Translations under genes and position numbers: made by a program | Notes under the pieces: model-generated | Database searches by the model: none | Seen by the model: only the letters and a program-made list of their open reading frames with translations | What the model was told of the DNA's origin: nothing | Assembly: GCA_965113315.1 (NCBI GenBank) | Contig: OZ220366.1 | DNA: 64,000 nt | From: Podarcis vaucheri | Lineage: Eukaryota | Direction: 5' to 3' (one strand) | Shown: positions 49,193 through 60,236 of the stretch, piece by piece | Position numbering within the stretch: the first letter of the stretch is position 1 | How the letters are laid out: each line of letters opens with the position of its first letter

Positions 49193-49310
49193 CTGGAATG
49201 TGTGCCAACACCCGCTTGAATAAGAGTTGGCATAACAGCTATAAACAAGCCAAGCTGTACATCCTGCATAACCAACATAGCAAGCAGAACACTGCTGTAA
49301 TCAATATCTC
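49193..49310 (-). CDS. TMCO3: TMCO3 coding exon 7 (118 bp)
   Basis: (G)[38 protein letters not shown](S), containing the QD ion-site motif. Confidence 0.95.
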
Positions 49311-49844
49311 CTGGGAGATTAAAAAAAAGAGGCAGATGTTAAATATGTTCAAGAACTGCAATACAGTACTAATAGCATCCGTTTCCTTGATAATGATTTG
49401 CCATTTATCATGAATTTGTTATATAATATCTATTTGGACCGAACTCATACATGTGAAAGTATTACAGAAAGAAAAATAAAATGAGTGTCTAAGAAAATGT
49501 GTGCAAGAAGGCATTGAATGGCAAATCAATGGGAAGGTCATTTTGAGCCCCAAAATACAAGCCAGTACAATACAAATACAATTCAAGTTCCAACATAATT
49601 TTGTTGCCATGCAATTTATGCTGCTGCATATCTGCTGGATCCAAGATTCAAGGGCAGAAATGTAAGTGATGACTGCTTCTGTGTTTGACTCCAATACAAA
49701 ACAAGCAGCACAACTAGGGTCTGATGAGGAAAGCTTTCTTTCTGCAGAGTACAGAACCTATTGGGCCAACATATTTGACAGAGCATCTGGGATTCTGCCA
49801 AGCATAACCTTCCTGCAACATAGTGGCAAGACCTATGCACAATA

Positions 49845-50049
49845 CAGTCATACCTCGGATTACAGCCGCTTCAGGTTGTGTTTTTACGGATTGCGGACTG
49901 CTGAAACCCGGAAGTACCGGAACGGGTTACTTCCGGGGTTTGGCAGTCATGCATGCTCAAAAGCACCAAATCGCAACCCGTGCATGCGCAGACGCAGGTT
50001 GAAAACATGCATCCTGCACGGATCACGTTTGCAACCCAAGCGTCCAATG
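49845..50049. mobile_element. Tigger-like MITE, diverged
   Basis: TA|CAGTCATACCTCGG...CCAAGCGTCCAATG|TA; internal palindrome CCCGGAAGTA / TACTTCCGGG. Confidence 0.65.
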
Positions 50050-50366
50050 TACAGCCTCTCCTGTCTCTTACCTACTTCAGATTCCTCCCTCTTCTGTAGC
50101 ACGTGAAAGAAGCTGGTCTATGTTTTGAAACACACCAAAACAAGAAATAAACTGATGTGGAAAGGTAGAAGCTTGTTTCAGCTTGGGCAAACCTTCTGTT
50201 TTTAGAAGTCAGTCCATGATAAATATGATGGGAAATATGAAGAAACTGAAATTTATTGATAGAATAAAGACTAAATTTCATGTGGGGTTCAGTAAGTTTT
50301 GTTCCTCCTCCCCTCTTTTTCTCAGCTCTTTTTATGTCTGCTTAACACTGTGGAGGACTGGAGAAG

Positions 50367-50376
50367 ATAATAATAA

Positions 50377-50433
<57 letters not shown>

Positions 50434-51273
50434 TTATTATTTATATCCCGCCCATCTGGCAGAGTTTCTCCAGCCACTCTGGGCGGCTCCCAATCAGTGT
50501 TAAAAACAGTACAGCATTACATATTAAAAACTTCCCTGAACAGGGCTGCCTTAAGATGTCTTCTGAATGTCAGGTAATTATTTATCTCTTTGACATCTGA
50601 AGGGAGGGCGTTCCACAGGGCGGGCGCCACTACCGAGAATGCCCTCTGTCTGGTTCCCTGTAGCCTCACTTCTCTCAATGAGGGAACCGCCAGAAGGCCC
50701 TCGGCGCTGGATCTCAGTGTCCGGGCTGAACGATGGGGGTGGAGACGCTCCTTCAGGTATACAGGACCGAGGCCGTTTAGGGCTTTAAAGGTCAGCACCA
50801 ACACTTTGAATCGTGCTCAGAAACTTTGAATCGTGCTCAGAAACTGGGAGCCAATGCAGATCTCTCAGAACCGGTGTTATGTGGTCCCGGTGGCCACTCC
50901 CAGTCACCAGTCTAGCTGCCGCATTCTGGATTAATTGCAGTTTCCGGGTCACCTTCAAAGGTAGCCCCACGTAGAGTGCATTGCAGTAGTCCAAGCGTGA
51001 GATAACTAGAGCATGCACCACTCTGGCGAGACAGTTCGCGGGCAGGTAGGGTCTTAGCCTGCGTACCAGGTGGAGCTGGTAGACAGCTGCCCTGGACACA
51101 GAGTTAACCTGCGCCTCCATGGACAGCTGTGAGTCCAAAATGACTCCCAGGCTGCGCACCTGGTCCTTCAGGGGCACAGTTACCCCATTCAAGACCAGGG
51201 AATCCCCCACACCAACCCGCCCCCTGTCCCCCAAAAACAGTACTTCTGTCTTGTCAGGATTCAACCTCAATCT
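50367..51273 (-). mobile_element. Young 5'-truncated L2 LINE with an (AAT)n tail
   Basis: ORFs 50785-51270 and 50517-50804 ([48 protein letters not shown]) are typical L2 ORF2 C-terminal motifs; long AAT microsatellite at about 50367-50432. Confidence 0.92.
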
Positions 51274-51733
51274 AATGTAATAGTTTTCAGAATAGTCATT
51301 TGCTCCACAATAATTTTGATGGTTTTTCTTCTTATTTTTGCCTGCTCCACATAAGCTTGCAAAATCATAGAGATGAACTTCCTTACAGTCGAGCAGCTTG
51401 TAACTCCATTTGGAACAAAGACTTTAAAAAACAAATTAGTAATTATTGTCTGAATAAAATCTTTTAAAATACCAGTCATATTTCTGTGGTAAACCAAGCT
51501 ATGCATAATGTATTTTATGTTCCTAAAGTATCAAACTGACTCTCAATATGTAAAGAGTACTGTTAATATGTATTGCATTTTTTTCTGAAAATGTCTATTC
51601 CTCACCCCCACCCCTAAAAGGTATGGGTTTCTTTGCGGCTTCAAATTTCCTGGAAATTTTACAAATCCAGTAGTTCCCCAGCAGCTTACATTCAGAGGCA
51701 TGCTGTCTTTTCTCTGAACCTGGAGTTAGCATA

Positions 51734-52084
51734 CAGGGGTGGACTTTGGTAATATGGTGCCCTGAGCAAGGACAAAATTTGGCTCCCTAAATATTTATTT
51801 GGTGCCCTCCCCCCTCTTGCCTTCCATTTTGCTCTCAAGTGCACTACATCATAGTTGCAGAAATTCAATCACCTGCCTGACCAGGGCCTAACTTTGAGTA
51901 GGTACNNNNNNNNNNNNNNNNNNNNNNNNNNNNNNNNNNNNNNNNNNNNNNNNNNNNNNNNNNNNNNNNNNNNNNNNNNNNNNNNNNNNNNNNNNNNNNN
52001 NNNNNNNNNNNNNNNNNNNNNNNNNNNNNNNNNNNNNNTGCCCTGTGCAGGGGAACTGCCCACACCACCCTAAGTCCGGCACTG
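51734..52084. mobile_element. DNA-transposon-like insertion spanning the assembly gap, nested in a CR1 3' fragment
   Basis: CAGGGGTGGACTT...AAGTCCGGCACTG ends; TAGCATA duplicated at 51727-51733 and 52085-52091; the flanks read as one continuous CR1-like sequence (about 51680-52300). Confidence 0.6.
51906..52038. other. Assembly gap (133 N)
   Basis: Run of N characters. Confidence 1.
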
Positions 52085-53069
52085 TAGCATATCTCCATGA
52101 CTAGTAGGCATTTATAGTCTTATCCCCCATGAATTTGTCTAATTTCCTCTAAAAGCCATCTAAGTTGTTGACCATCCACACTCTTGTGGCAATGAATTCA
52201 ATAGTTTAACTATGTGCTGTGTAAATAATTGTTTCCTATTGGGTGTCCTGAATCTCCTACAATTCAGTTTGTGGTATTATGGGAGAGGAAGAAAAACTCC
52301 TCTAGGTCTCATCTGCAACAGCTGTACGCAACTCATGATTCAGTTCCATAATTAGCCCATTCATCATACCAGGCAGATGACAAAATACCACTGAAAATAT
52401 AAAGCTACACGTGTAGATGTATTAGCAGGAGTCTATGAAGATGTCTTATTCTCAAGCTTTTATTTTTTCAGTAGATTATATCTAAAGCCTGCATCTATGC
52501 TTTTCTAGATGTCTATTACAATACATGTCTCTTGAGGCTTGCATTTCATAAAAACCAACTTATCTCGCACAGAAAGCATTATGGAGTGCTGTGATTAGAC
52601 ATGCTGCAGGATAAGTTCTGTTAACTCAGATATCGGCTGAGAAACTAGGGATAGAATCTTCAGAAATTATTAACTGCATGGAAGGCACTGGATCTCAAAC
52701 CTAGCCTTCCAGAAACTTTGGACTACAACTCCCACAATTCCTGACCATTGGCCATTCTTACCAAGGTTGATGGAAGTTGTAGTTGAAAACATTTGGAGGG
52801 TACCAGGTTGGAGAATACTACGAAAAGTGAAGGGCAATTGAAAAATTCGGCAAAAATAAATGGATCCTATAACTTAATGGGTAAAGAACTCAGGTCAGGA
52901 CCATCACTATGCAAAACTCTCATTATTTAACTGGAAGTTAACTGATAGTTAAGAGCACCCTTCTACGACAATTAAAAGTTCATCAGTACCTTTTAAGGTT
53001 AGTTCTTTTTGCCCATGTGTCTGGGCTAAGATTAAATGGAAAAATTCAGTAGGTTAAGGATCCACCTAC

Positions 53070-53256
53070 CTTCTTTATCTCCCCGAGCACTCCCTGCAAG
53101 GAATCTGGATACCAATGGTGTGCTTGATAATGATAAACAAGTAGCAATGAAAACGCTCTGTGTTGCTCTAATTTGTAGCAAGTGTCCCCACAGTAAGCCA
53201 AATGCAATCATCAGGAATGTCATGTAACAGGGTCCTTGCAATGATATCTTCCACAC
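53070..53256 (-). CDS. TMCO3: TMCO3 coding exon 6 (187 bp)
   Basis: [62 protein letters not shown], with the SST crossover motif. Confidence 0.95.
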
Positions 53257-54576
53257 CTTTGAGAATAATGGTCACTTAGATTAGCATAATACTATTTCAC
53301 ACTGCAACTGTATTTATCCTTTAAATTTTATGCTAAAATTTTATGCAATACAACTTCAGAATATATAGATCCTGAGAGTTCTTTAGACAACCAAAACTTT
53401 GTTTCTGGATCTATTTAACAATATGAATTAAAAAAAAAAAAGAGTTCCCCCTCGCGGCAAATAGATTATATTATGCTATAGATTATGAACTGGGAAACTC
53501 ACACCTGCTTAATGTAACCCTTGTCCTCGATGTTTAATTGAAAAAAGTGCTAGGATATATATTATTACAAGCAGAAAACAAACAATCCTACACTACTGAG
53601 TAAATTGTTAACTTGTGTTCAAACAGTAAATAAGCTGTCAGTAAGGCAATAACTCCTTAGCATGCAAGCGTTCCCATATAAAATTTATTTATAGTAGCTT
53701 GATGGACTCTTTCAGCTCATAGCTCTCAAAGTGGAGTCCAGAGGCAAAGCAAGATGTGGAATGACAACCCAACAAAGTGTTAAAGGGGCTGTGATGAACG
53801 CAGCTATGCTGTAGCAAAGAAGCTTGGAAAGAATTAAAAGCTGAGCGCAAGCTGGAAGGTCAGTGGAAGGAGAATGTAAAAAGGAGTAATTGAGAAGAAA
53901 GAAAAATGGTACAAACAGGTTTGCCACCTCGGTGAGAACCCAGGCAGAAGAGCAATATTAAATTGCCAGGTTAACACCACCCACTCTGCCTATCCCACTT
54001 TCAGACTTTCAAGACTCTTGCACTGCCCTGGAGGTACTTTCCCATTCAGAGCTGTTTCTGTAGCATCCACCTTACTGCTCTTCTGACTTGCCCAGTTATG
54101 ATGCAGTCGCAATAGTCTCTCTTCTCTCAGTCTCTGTTTTTTGTCCCTGCAGCCTTTGCACCTGGGGGGCCAATCATGCCCTAAATACGAGTCCCCCCCC
54201 CATTTCAGACACTGTTCTCCCCAACATGCTAGCTTTCCACATGCAAGGATTTTGTTTTGTACAGAAGAGCATCTGAGCCCACATGTGCCATCTTAAGTGG
54301 TATAACCCAGACACAAATCTGCCACCTCAGTGAGAACTAGATCTCTTTGTCTATGTGTTCTAGGAGAACACGTGTTTATTTTCAAAAAGATAACCCTCCG
54401 CAAACTGTAGAAGTCTTTTAAAAACAGGTGTTATGAGAACCAAAAAAAATTATTAAAAAAAATGTCTAGTCAAGCAACATTTTTTTAAAAATCATGCAAA
54501 TTTGAACAATCCAAAATGCTATTTTTCTCTTGGTTTATTTGCAATGCTGATACACATACATTTTATGGAGCAATAC

Positions 54577-54669
54577 CTTTCTTAATCTTTCCGGGGAAAA
54601 CTCCAAGCCAACGAGGAACAGTGTGTAGAACACACCAAATTCTCCCAATGTTTCTACTTGCACAATTGA
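54577..54669 (-). CDS. TMCO3: TMCO3 coding exon 5 (93 bp)
   Basis: [31 protein letters not shown], with the CPA2 GLEFS motif. Confidence 0.95.
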
Positions 54670-54933
54670 CTGAAAAACACAAGTTGCCACAGGTAACTCA
54701 AAATATAGTCAACTTCTGCAAAAGTAGTAACTAGACGTTCAGTCATGCTATACATACAGTATCTGCTTACATCTTACTTCCACAATAAGCATACATAAAC
54801 CCCTTAATGCCCTTACCTCTCCAGAACAGATATTGGGGCTGTACAGGACTGCAAGGGGGGGCGGAGGAAGGAAGAGCCCTGGTGCATAAATTAATATCAG
54901 CTTATGTAACATTGTACCTCTCCAAAATCTTAC

Positions 54934-55062
54934 CTTAATGCTGTTTAATCCTGATGGTCCTAAGAGTACTCCACAGATAATGTATCCAAACATAGTTGGT
55001 AATCCTATTGTTGTACATAACCATCCACAAGGCAAAGATAGCATTCCTATGGTGACAATATC
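54934..55062 (-). CDS. TMCO3: TMCO3 coding exon 4 (129 bp)
   Basis: [43 protein letters not shown]. Confidence 0.95.
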
Positions 55063-56331
55063 CTAATAAATAAAACAAAAATAAAATAAAAATGTGCCAC
55101 ACACATATGCCAACATGCAAAGCAAGGGAACATACTACTGATCCAGGAAGGAAGAGGTTTCATGGATTGTCACTGGGCCTTTTCATGGAACACTGCATTC
55201 CTGAAACACTACCTGGAGTTGAGTGGGATGAGGAGCAAGCCTTGGGCTCACATGCTCTCCCTCTGCTCTTTCTCCAAGAGAGTGAAACCTCTTGGGAGAG
55301 ATTAAAAAACTATCACTCATTATGCATATGAAACATGAAATGGAGATAAAGCTGGTGTTACTATCAGTTGGAAAATGCTTATACCAACATTTTTACAACA
55401 ACAAAATACTGTATTTTTGTCATTAGTCCTTATAAGTGTTGATTTTCGTTTGTTCAGGCTAACTCCTAATACTCCTAATATTCAAGGCTTTCCCCCCTAC
55501 CGGAACAGCGTTCTGTCACCTCTCAGCTGGGCCCCAGAAGTTGGGGGAGAGGCTTGACCAGCAAAGCCTCACTGCACCCCCAGCTCATGAGGACATCCTC
55601 CCCAGAGCCTGAAGATGAGGGCTCTGGAGAGGGTCTCCTTGTGAGCTGGAGGCACAGCAGGGCTTTGCTGAGGCTCTTCAGCCTCCCAGCTAACAGCTGC
55701 TGTGTGGGAAAGCCATGCCTCAGCTGAGCAAGCCCCGAGCTGCTCTGGCTCACACTAGTCAGAGACACATATGGGTGGGGGGTTGCTCATTAAGCTGGTC
55801 AGCTGAGGCACAGAAGCCTCTCCACACTTCAGCTGAGCCGGAGAGGTGCATAGGTAGGGGGGCCATTAAACTGGTCAGCTGCGGTGTGGAAAGCTCTCCT
55901 TGCCTCAGGTGAGCAGCCTAAGCAAGCCTCTGGCTGGCAAGGAGAGGATCACTGAGGTGGGTTCTGCTGAGGGATGTGCATTCCGACACCTTTCTCTCTA
56001 GGAAAAAAACCACAACTAATATTGCCCTTTGTTGGTACTGGTTTCACAACAATTCCATTTCATTTGTGAGCTGGATGAGCAGCCCAGGGTGCATTTATGG
56101 GGCATATCACATTCTTATTTGGGTTTAATTTTTTTTCCATAGCTGTGAATGGAATCAGATCACAAATTCTAAATTCATTTTTTATACCAGCTGTCACTAA
56201 AAACTAACCCAGTACAGCTCTGTAAGAACAGCTACTGTAGTTATGGCACACAGAGATCAGATCGGAAGCTCTTGCATACGCAGGAGCTCCTATATGAGCA
56301 AGGACCTCCCTGCTGCCTTTAGTGTCAAGGG

Positions 56332-56467
56332 GAGGCATAGGCAACCTCGGCCCTCCAGATGTTTTTGGACTACAACTCCCATGGTCCCTAGCTAACAGGA
56401 CCAGTGGTCAGGGATGATGGGAATTGTAGTCTCAATACATCTGGAGGGCCGAGGTTGCCTATGCCTG
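56332..56467. mobile_element. Palindromic hAT MITE
   Basis: About 30-bp TIR AGGCATAGGCAACCTCGGCCCTCCAGATGT and a perfect 8-bp TSD GTCAAGGG (56324-56331, 56468-56475). Confidence 0.92.
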
Positions 56468-57111
56468 GTCAAGGGCAACTCAAAAATAAACTCAGCTTCC
56501 ACAAAAATTAGGGTGATGGGAAAGAGCTTTGACATGGAGCCATAGATCCATCCTAGATTTTTTTCTGCATTAAAAACAGATGGAGGGATCATAGCAGTAT
56601 TTTATACCACTTTTAGTACCAGAACTCAGACTTCTCATATATACATAATGGGACTGTAAAAAGGTTGACATGTTTAATAATGGAGGCTATCTAGAAGTCT
56701 CTTTCAGTTAAGCCAGAGTGATATCTACATCAAATAGCTACATTGTATATGGCAATTATCATCCTGTTGAGTGTACTCCTGGTGGCAAACACAGGTTTGT
56801 GGTTGAATAATGTCTATAACAACCATCCAAGACAAAGTCTAAGAAGATGCTTCACAGTCTTTCAGATAAAAGAATGATTTCAATAGCAGCATTTTTAATT
56901 TGGGAAAACCCAGTAGTATTTTAAGATATGACAGCAATAAAAAGTTCCTAACACCCGGATATAACACAATTACAAACTGGTATTGGCAAATAACTTTAAT
57001 ATGTTCATAATTGTTGCTTATATTTCTGTCTTTTGAAATGTAAGTATACAGCCAATACTCACTTTTAATTTAAGTTTTATTAATATGCTCAGCCCTATTT
57101 ACATACATTAC

Positions 57112-57303
57112 CTTTATAAAATGATGATCCGCACGTGGAATGGTAGAGTCTCTGGGCTTAGTAAGTATGTACTGATTGTTTTGGGAATCAATAAGCATGC
57201 TTAGACCCAAATCATCTTCTACTACCCGTTTTGAAACATTTCTTTTAGTATCTGCTTCATCTTCTTCTACTCTTAAAACAGCTTCAAAATTCACTCCCCT
57301 CAC
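57112..57303 (-). CDS. TMCO3: TMCO3 coding exon 3 (192 bp)
   Basis: [64 protein letters not shown]. Confidence 0.95.
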
Positions 57304-57429
57304 CTATCAAGGAAGCAAAGGTTTTTCATTATTGTCATCTATTTATTATGCCATTTTTTTGTTTGTTTTTAGAGTTTAAAAGGAAATAATAATAATGAGC
57401 AAGCAATCCTATGGTCTCAGAAAGTATCC

Positions 57430-57710
57430 TCAGAGGTCACAGAACAGTGTGGACCTCCCTCTCTGTGGGCAGAGATCTGGCCCTGGAAGCCTTCTGATTG
57501 TGGTCCTTGAAGTATTGCAGTCCTGAGCTGTTTAAGGCTTTATAGGTCAAACCCAACACTTTGAATTGGGCCCGGAAGCCAGGAGGATATGCTAAAACCA
57601 TTTTGCCCCAGTGAGCAACCTAGCTGCTGAATTCTGCACCAGCTGAAGCTTCCAAACAGTCTTCAGAGGCAGCCCTGCATATAACGCGTTGCAGTAATCC
57701 AGTCTATTCT
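57430..57710 (-). mobile_element. Degraded L2 fragment
   Basis: Similar to the 50367-51273 copy (GTCAAACCCAACACTTTGAATTGGGCCCGGAA; GCGTTGCAGTAATCCAGTC). Confidence 0.7.
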
Positions 57711-58136
57711 TACAACACCAGGATTTCAATTTTTATAAATTGTTTGTATTGCCTTAATAACCTCCAGGTCAGAGATATCAATCTTGTGTATCTATTACAT
57801 TGCCGTTTTTTATTATAAAAGTTTCTACTTTTGCTACTTTTAATTTCTGCAGTTATGTGGGTTACATTCAAGCTACTATGTATTTCTCGCCTCTCACCAC
57901 TGAAGAAAACTTGCAGTTGCTGTCTTGGAATCCTCCCCATTGCATTGGATTTAAAATTAGAATTTATATTGCAACAAGAAGAAATGAAAGTATTCTTATT
58001 TATTCTGCCAATATGCCACTTAACTAGAGAACATAACATAAAAATACTTAATAAGAATACTTTTGATAAATTGTTATATAAGATAGTAAGTAGTAGAACT
58101 CAATAGCTATAAAAATCCCTCTCTAGGTAAACTTAC

Positions 58137-58316
58137 TGACTTGTTGTCATCAAAGGCATGCTCTCCTATTTCCTCTTCAAGCCTATCAGCCGCTTTTCTT
58201 ACATCTTCAAGAATCTCATCAAGAATGGATAAACTTTTATTTTGATGCTGCATGTTTTTCAGGGCTTCAGCCTGGTGTTTCTCTGCTGCTAGAAGTTCAA
58301 CATATTCTGTTTCTTC
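58137..58316 (-). CDS. TMCO3: TMCO3 coding exon 2 (180 bp, coiled coil)
   Basis: [60 protein letters not shown]. Confidence 0.95.
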
Positions 58317-59472
58317 CTGTTAGAATTCATTTTTAAAAATCAGATATTTTTTCAAAGCTGAAATTCACAAGTTGAACATCTCATTTTGTCAAAGTTCTTA
58401 CAAAACTTTATAAAAGCTGCAGAACAAATACTTCATACAAAGCTTCCTGAGGTCCTTGAATTGCCTTTCAGCTCTAGATCCTCAATGAAGCTGGAGTGAA
58501 ATCCTTAAAAAGGCCATTTTATAATAAGGACAGTTAACATATGCAGAATGTTTACTCCTTTCAGTAGCCATTATTTATTAACTGTATTTATATCCCACTT
58601 TTCACCCACAAAGTACAAGATGACATATATGTTTTAAGGGTGAAATATAGCAATTTACTCAACATCGCCAGTGATTTTATGGGGAACTATGGGGTACAAC
58701 GTAACATCTCTCTAGGTATAAAAATGCAAGCCAATATTTCTCTTCTCATTTCATTATGTGGTTATTGTCATTCTGCAGCCACCCCTTCTGATGACCACAC
58801 TGCTGGAAAAGGAGTTACAATGAAAAAAGAGCAGTGTCACTGATTGTATATCGTCTGCTGACATGGCAACCTTTATGGGCATGCATGCACTTCTTCCTTC
58901 CTTACTTAAGAAAGGCATCTCCTTGCCCAGCAACAGCGGATGTAACAGATTTTTAATTCTGGATGATTTAACGTAGGGGCTTTGGCCACCTTGTCAAGAG
59001 CTAATGAAGTTTGCTCCTATCAAAGGCTTATGAGCATAACAAATGATAGAACTGAACACGTTTGAGAAATATTTTGTCTCCTATTTGGACAGACGGAACA
59101 AGAACTTGACACTTAAGAGAGTATAATAATGCTTTTGAAAGCAGAAGAGTAGTTCTTACTACTGAATGTCAGAACTCACCATGGGTCAGTTACTGGGTAT
59201 TTTTGGTTGTGGAGTATGCAGCAGCCTGCCCAATCAGTCATGAGTCCTGTCCTGTCTCTGGGCATCATACATAGATGTGCCATTTGCAAAGCATCTATGG
59301 CCCAAATATGACCACTGATAATATGGGAACTTCTACACGCATTGGCTTTTTTTTGCAACTTTGGCCCTAAGAATGATATCCAATGTTGATCATACTCAGA
59401 ATTGAGCCATTGAAATAAACAGACTTAATAGGTCTACTCAGAGTATAACTAACACCAGATATTGCCCTAAGT

Positions 59473-59600
59473 CAGGCTTCCTCAACCTCGGCCCTCCAGA
59501 TGTTTCAAGACTACAATTCCCTGATCAGTGGTCCTGCTAGCTAGGGATCATGGGAGTTGTAGGCCAAAAACATCTGGAGGGTCGAGGTTGAGGAAGCCTG
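59473..59600. mobile_element. Palindromic hAT MITE (same family)
   Basis: CAGGCTTCCTCAACCTCG...CGAGGTTGAGGAAGCCTG; flanks CCCTAAGT / CCCTATGC. Older relatives lie near 2810-2925, 19860-19980, 20580-20780, 48050-48185 and 52700-52820. Confidence 0.88.
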
Positions 59601-59789
59601 CCCTATGCAAAGCATTATCTCAAAATTAATGTGATGGGTGTGATTCCCCCTCCTCCACCAAGCACAGCTGGCAAGTTTGTTGAAACCAACCTAATACTTT
59701 GTTGAAACCTGTCTATAGGCAGTAGCTACCTTGACATCCTTTAGTTTCTAGAACATTACCGTAATTTTTCAACTGTACAGAGAACTAAC

Positions 59790-60236
59790 CTTTATTGCTG
59801 CTTCCCTCAAAGCTTCCAATCTCTGCCGACTACTTTCCTTCATGTTCACAACATCTTTATAATCACCTTGTAAAGCTCTTTGGAGTCCGTAGATTGCTTG
59901 AAATACAGAGTTTTCACTTTCATTCAGCTCCTTTTGAAAAATTTCAAATGTGTGGACTTGAAAAGTTCTTTCTGCAAGTGACAGTGTGGAGTCCTTTTCT
60001 ACTGCTCTTATTGCACTTTTTAGTTTGTTGAGAACCACATTCTTTTGACGCAGGAGTCCAGATAGCTTTCTGCAGTTTTCTACAAGCCATTGTTTCTTCT
60101 GTGTAGCAGCAACTCCTCTACCACGATGCAGTTTTATTGCATGTTTCACTATATCCTCATGTTCCACAGGTGTTATTAGTTGACAGCAAAACAATGAAGC
60201 CAACACCCATAAGGAAATAAATCCAGTTACCTTCAT
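59790..60236 (-). CDS. TMCO3: TMCO3 first coding exon (signal peptide and coiled coil, 447 bp)
   Basis: ACCATG start; [27 protein letters not shown]...[14 protein letters not shown]; AAG|GTTAGT donor. The exon probably extends as UTR to about 60308. Confidence 0.93.

Noticed and set aside
50183-50503. ORF with poly-Ile
   Set aside because: Translation of the (AAT)n L2 tail.
51855-52098. ORFs containing runs of X
   Set aside because: Artefacts of the N gap.
685-60236. H+/K+-ATPase subunit next to a putative K+/H+ antiporter as a functional cluster
   Set aside because: The ATP4B-TFDP1-TMCO3 order is, as I recall, old conserved synteny also seen in human. The promoters differ in type (TATA/GATA versus CpG), so there is no sign of co-regulation.
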